From Pseudomonadota bacterium (GTDB lineage: Bacteria; Bdellovibrionota_B; Oligoflexia; Oligoflexales; CAIYRB01): a stretch of DNA of 18,846 nucleotides. How positions within the stretch are numbered: the stretch's first letter is position 1; every line of letters begins with the position of its first letter. The notes beneath the pieces are model-generated. The model was given only the letters and a program-made list of their open reading frames with translations, ran no database searches and was not told the DNA's origin. Shown in pieces: positions 16,286 through 18,846 of this stretch. The DNA lies in contig JANOTL010000076.1 of NCBI GenBank assembly GCA_031416315.1, positions 1 to 18,846 on the forward strand. Direction: 5' to 3'. The translations under genes were made by a program, and so were the position numbers.

Positions 16286-18406
16286 ATGGCGTCCCGCCAA
16301 CGCAAAGTCGCACGAAGTCTCGCCCAAAAATTCTACCTGTTGCTGGTCGTTCCGCTGATCTTGATCTCGGGCCTCGTGACGTGGATCACCTACCGGGGAC
16401 TCGATTCAAACGCCGCGGAATTGGCCACCGCGCTGCGCGTTCAGGGCAAAAGCAACTCCGTGCTCCCGCTTCTTCTGACGCAAGACGACACATCGAAGTC
16501 GCTGCTGATCGACCCTTCCAAGCTCGCGCTCTTCTCGGACAAGAAGATCACCGCCTACGACGAGCACAAGAAACTCCTTACCGAGCTCAGCAGCGAGGCC
16601 ACCGATCCCGCGATGCAGGCGTTGATCTCCGAGCTTGCGGCTCTCGACGAAACAAAGCTTCGCCCACTCGATACGCAGATCCTAGAGCTACTCTTCGAAG
16701 ACGTCGACAAGGCCAGAGCGCTCTATTTTACCGACTACGAACCCCACCGCCTCGAGTATGAAAAAAAGATCCGCGAGCTCGCCCGGCTGGGCGCCGAGCA
16801 CGCGGAAGAAGCTCGCATCGATATGACGAAAAAGAACTCACGCTCGCTTCTCTTGATCGCGCTCGCCCTCGTCCTCGGCATCGCGGTGATCGCGACGACG
16901 ATCACCATCCTGTCACGTCAGATCGAACGCTCCAACGACAACACCAAAAGCCTGCTCGCCGTCCTCGGAGAGGGCCTGTTCTTCTTCGGCCGCGACGGCG
17001 TGATCGCGCCGGAACGGTCGCAGGCGCTCGGCAAGATCATCCCGGGAGCCGATCACGTCGACACCCTGCAGCAGTTCGTCGGCAAATATTCCGCGACGAG
17101 CGAAGACAACGTCAAAACGTGTCTCAAGCTCCTTTGGAACGTCGATGGTGACGACTTTCTCAGCGACTTCGACTCGACCATAACTTTCTTGCCGAAGTCG
17201 CTAGTTATCGACGGATCGCGCATCGTCGAGCTCGAGTACCGCCCGCTATACGGTAGGGACAAGCAGCTCGAGAAGGTCGTGGTCGTCGCCGCCGACGTCA
17301 CGGAGAAGCGCAAGAACGAGCGAGAGGCCGTGGTCCAGGCCGAACGTGTGCGCAAGATCTCGCGGGTCGCGGCGGGGCTCGATAGCTACCTCAGCTTCTT
17401 CGACGAGGCGATCGGCCTCTTCCGCCGCGCCGATGGGCTCGTTGGCGGCAAGGCGAAGGGCGCCTCCGACCTCGCTCAGCTTCGCCGCGATCTGCATACC
17501 CTGAAAGGGTCGATCGGTACCTTCGAGTTCACGAGCCTGGCGCACGAGATTCACGAGATCGAGACTCTGCTCGACGAAGAAGGACCGTCGAGCGCCCGCC
17601 TCTCGGCGCACTGGGACCGGATCAAGGACCAGTGGAAATTCGAGACCAGCGACATCGAAACCGTGCTGCGGCTCAAGGAAAGTCAGGGCAAAGTCACTCT
17701 GACCAAGAGCAAGTTCGACACTCTCATCGCTCACGCACAAGCTACCAGCGACGACAAACTCGCCGGCCTCCTAAAGGCCAGTCTGCGAGTGACGGTGAAG
17801 GACGCCTTCGCAAAGTATAAGGCCTACCTCGAAAAGCTCACCGATCGCCAAAACGAGAAGCAGATTCGCCTCGCCTACGTCGCCGATAGTGACGAGATTT
17901 CCCACGCGGAGATGCAGGGTCTCGACCCGGCATTCGTGCACATCGTCCGCAATTGCCTCGACCACGGCATCGAAGCCAGCGACGTTCGGCGTAAGGCTCA
18001 CAAGGCGGCGGCGGGAACCATACAAATCGCCTGCTACCGGAAAAGTGACGGCTGGCTGCACTTCGTGATCAAAGACGATGGCCAGGGCGTCGACGGCGAC
18101 AAGCTGGCTCAGAAGGCCGTGCTCGGCGGCCTTTGGACGGCGGAAAAAGCCGCCGCGGCCAGTTACCAGGAGAAGATCGAGCTCGTCTTCATCCCGAACC
18201 TGTCTTCGAAAGACGAAGTGAGCGAGATCTCCGGGCGCGGCGTCGGCATGGACGCGGTCAAGACGCTCGTCGAGGAGTTGGGCGGAAAGATTACAATTTT
18301 TTCGCAGCCGGGCCAGGGGACGCAGTTCGAGCTCGACGTGCCACCGATCCCGGCCTCGATCCCGGTCGCTTACGCCAGCAAGGCGCATCTGGCATCCATC
18401 AGATAG
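16286..18406 (+). CDS. Membrane-bound CheA-like histidine kinase (TM - periplasmic helical sensor - TM - PAS-like - HPt - HATPase; 706 aa)
   Basis: SD AAGGAG then ATG 16286; two TM helices; HPt motif RDLHTLKG; CheA-type catalytic boxes HIVRNCLDHGIE, DDGQG, FIPNLSS, SGRGVGMD, GQGTQF; ends without a CheW-like domain. Confidence 0.9.
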   Translation: MASRQRKVARSLAQKFYLLLVVPLILISGLVTWITYRGLDSNAAELATALRVQGKSNSVLPLLLTQDDTSKSLLIDPSKLALFSDKKITAYDEHKKLLTELSSEATDPAMQALISELAALDETKLRPLDTQILELLFEDVDKARALYFTDYEPHRLEYEKKIRELARLGAEHAEEARIDMTKKNSRSLLLIALALVLGIAVIATTITILSRQIERSNDNTKSLLAVLGEGLFFFGRDGVIAPERSQALGKIIPGADHVDTLQQFVGKYSATSEDNVKTCLKLLWNVDGDDFLSDFDSTITFLPKSLVIDGSRIVELEYRPLYGRDKQLEKVVVVAADVTEKRKNEREAVVQAERVRKISRVAAGLDSYLSFFDEAIGLFRRADGLVGGKAKGASDLAQLRRDLHTLKGSIGTFEFTSLAHEIHEIETLLDEEGPSSARLSAHWDRIKDQWKFETSDIETVLRLKESQGKVTLTKSKFDTLIAHAQATSDDKLAGLLKASLRVTVKDAFAKYKAYLEKLTDRQNEKQIRLAYVADSDEISHAEMQGLDPAFVHIVRNCLDHGIEASDVRRKAHKAAAGTIQIACYRKSDGWLHFVIKDDGQGVDGDKLAQKAVLGGLWTAEKAAAASYQEKIELVFIPNLSSKDEVSEISGRGVGMDAVKTLVEELGGKITIFSQPGQGTQFELDVPPIPASIPVAYASKAHLASIR

Positions 18407-18451
18407 GTCCAGCGCCAGGGCTTGCGGACTTTCACCGCCCCCCCCCTTAGA

Positions 18452-18484
18452 CTCCGGCATTCATCAGAAGCCTCGATGCCGGAG
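18452..18484. other. 9-bp inverted repeat downstream of the kinase gene
   Basis: ctccggcat (18452-18460) and atgccggag (18476-18484), 15-nt loop, no U-tract. Confidence 0.35.
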
Positions 18485-18557
18485 CATTCATGAAACTGGT
18501 CCCGGTTTTTACGTCCTTCTGGGCCTTGTTCGGTGCCCAGTCCCTAATCATGGCGTG

Positions 18558-18589
18558 AAAAGGGCTCCCAGCAATAAATGCGGGGAGCC
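18558..18589 (-). terminator. Rho-independent terminator for the minus-strand gene entering from the right edge
   Basis: Minus strand reads ggctccc-c-gca-tttat-tgc-t-gggagcc-c-tttt, starting 23 nt after the TAA at 18613-18615. Confidence 0.65.
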
Positions 18590-18612
18590 TCTTTCATCGG
18601 CGTGGGGTCGTG

Positions 18613-18846
18613 TTACGGACGGGTCGGTTGTTGCTGTTGCTGTTGCTGCTCCTGGCCTTCCTCGCCGTCGCAGCAGGCGCAGGCTTCACAGGTGCAGCCG
18701 TCTTCACCGCAGCAGCCATCGGTCGGGCAGGTGCCGCCTTCACCGCAGCAGCCGCCTTCACCGCAGCAGCCGCCTTCACCGCAGCAGCCGCCTTCACCGC
18801 AGCAGCCGCCTTCACCGCAGCAGCCGCCTTCACCGCAGCAGCCGCC
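18613..18846 (-). CDS. Cys-rich, metallothionein-like tandem-repeat protein with polyQ tail, 3' part; 5' end outside window
   Basis: Frame starting at 18846 reads (GGCCGE)x6-GGTCPTDGCCGEDGCTCEACACCDGEEGQEQQQQQQQPTRP*: 77 aa, 20 Cys, codons typical of this window (GGC, TGC, GAC, ACC, CAG), followed by a terminator. Not in the ORF track because there is no start codon inside the window. Confidence 0.75.
   Translation of the reverse strand, partial: GGCCGEGGCCGEGGCCGEGGCCGEGGCCGEGGCCGEGGTCPTDGCCGEDGCTCEACACCDGEEGQEQQQQQQQPTRP
18733..18846. repeat. Perfect 18-nt tandem repeat (ttcaccgcagcagccgcc) x6 plus a partial copy, running off the window edge
   Basis: Six exact units at 18739-18846 plus gccgcc at 18733-18738; a degenerate unit at about 18703-18720. 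Confidence 0.97.

Noticed and set aside
18594..18833. ORF-track protein (VKAAAA)n, resembling a histone-like or AlgP-type protein
   Set aside because: It uses many codons uncommon in this window (GCT, CCT, AGG, CGA), and its SSNSNSNN tail is the shifted reading of a CAG/CAA polyQ run. The Cys frame fits better. Not fully excluded without upstream sequence.
18733..18846. 18-nt repeat as a CRISPR array
   Set aside because: Units are head-to-tail with no spacers and the length is a multiple of 3; it is a coding tandem repeat. No cas genes are present.

Overview
GC-rich bacterial window with no rRNA, tRNA, CRISPR array or transposase. Gene content (many lipoproteins, a TIGR02147-like remnant, a membrane-bound CheA-like kinase without CheW) suggests Bdellovibrionota/Oligoflexia or a related lineage; that assignment is inference. 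In order: 3' end of a GIY-YIG nuclease followed by a REP-like element and a perfect 15-bp hairpin; hypothetical proteins; a GT-C membrane glycosyltransferase; two tandem paralogous lipoproteins that share a Fur-box-like upstream motif and a C-terminal EF-hand-like loop; a caspase-family lipoprotein with a DUF1566-like tail; a chimeric pseudogene; a single-domain response regulator; a lipoprotein plus outer-membrane-protein pair; an orphan PqiA-family gene; a MauG-type (His/Tyr) diheme enzyme with two blue-copper proteins, divergent from a CheA-like sensor kinase; and at the right edge an 18-nt tandem repeat. The best reading frame of that repeat is absent from the supplied ORF track and encodes a very Cys-rich (GGCCGE)n metallothionein-like protein with a polyQ tail. 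The strongest novelty candidates are that Cys-rich protein and the MauG-like/dual-cupredoxin/sensor module. All family calls come from motif recognition, not database searches.
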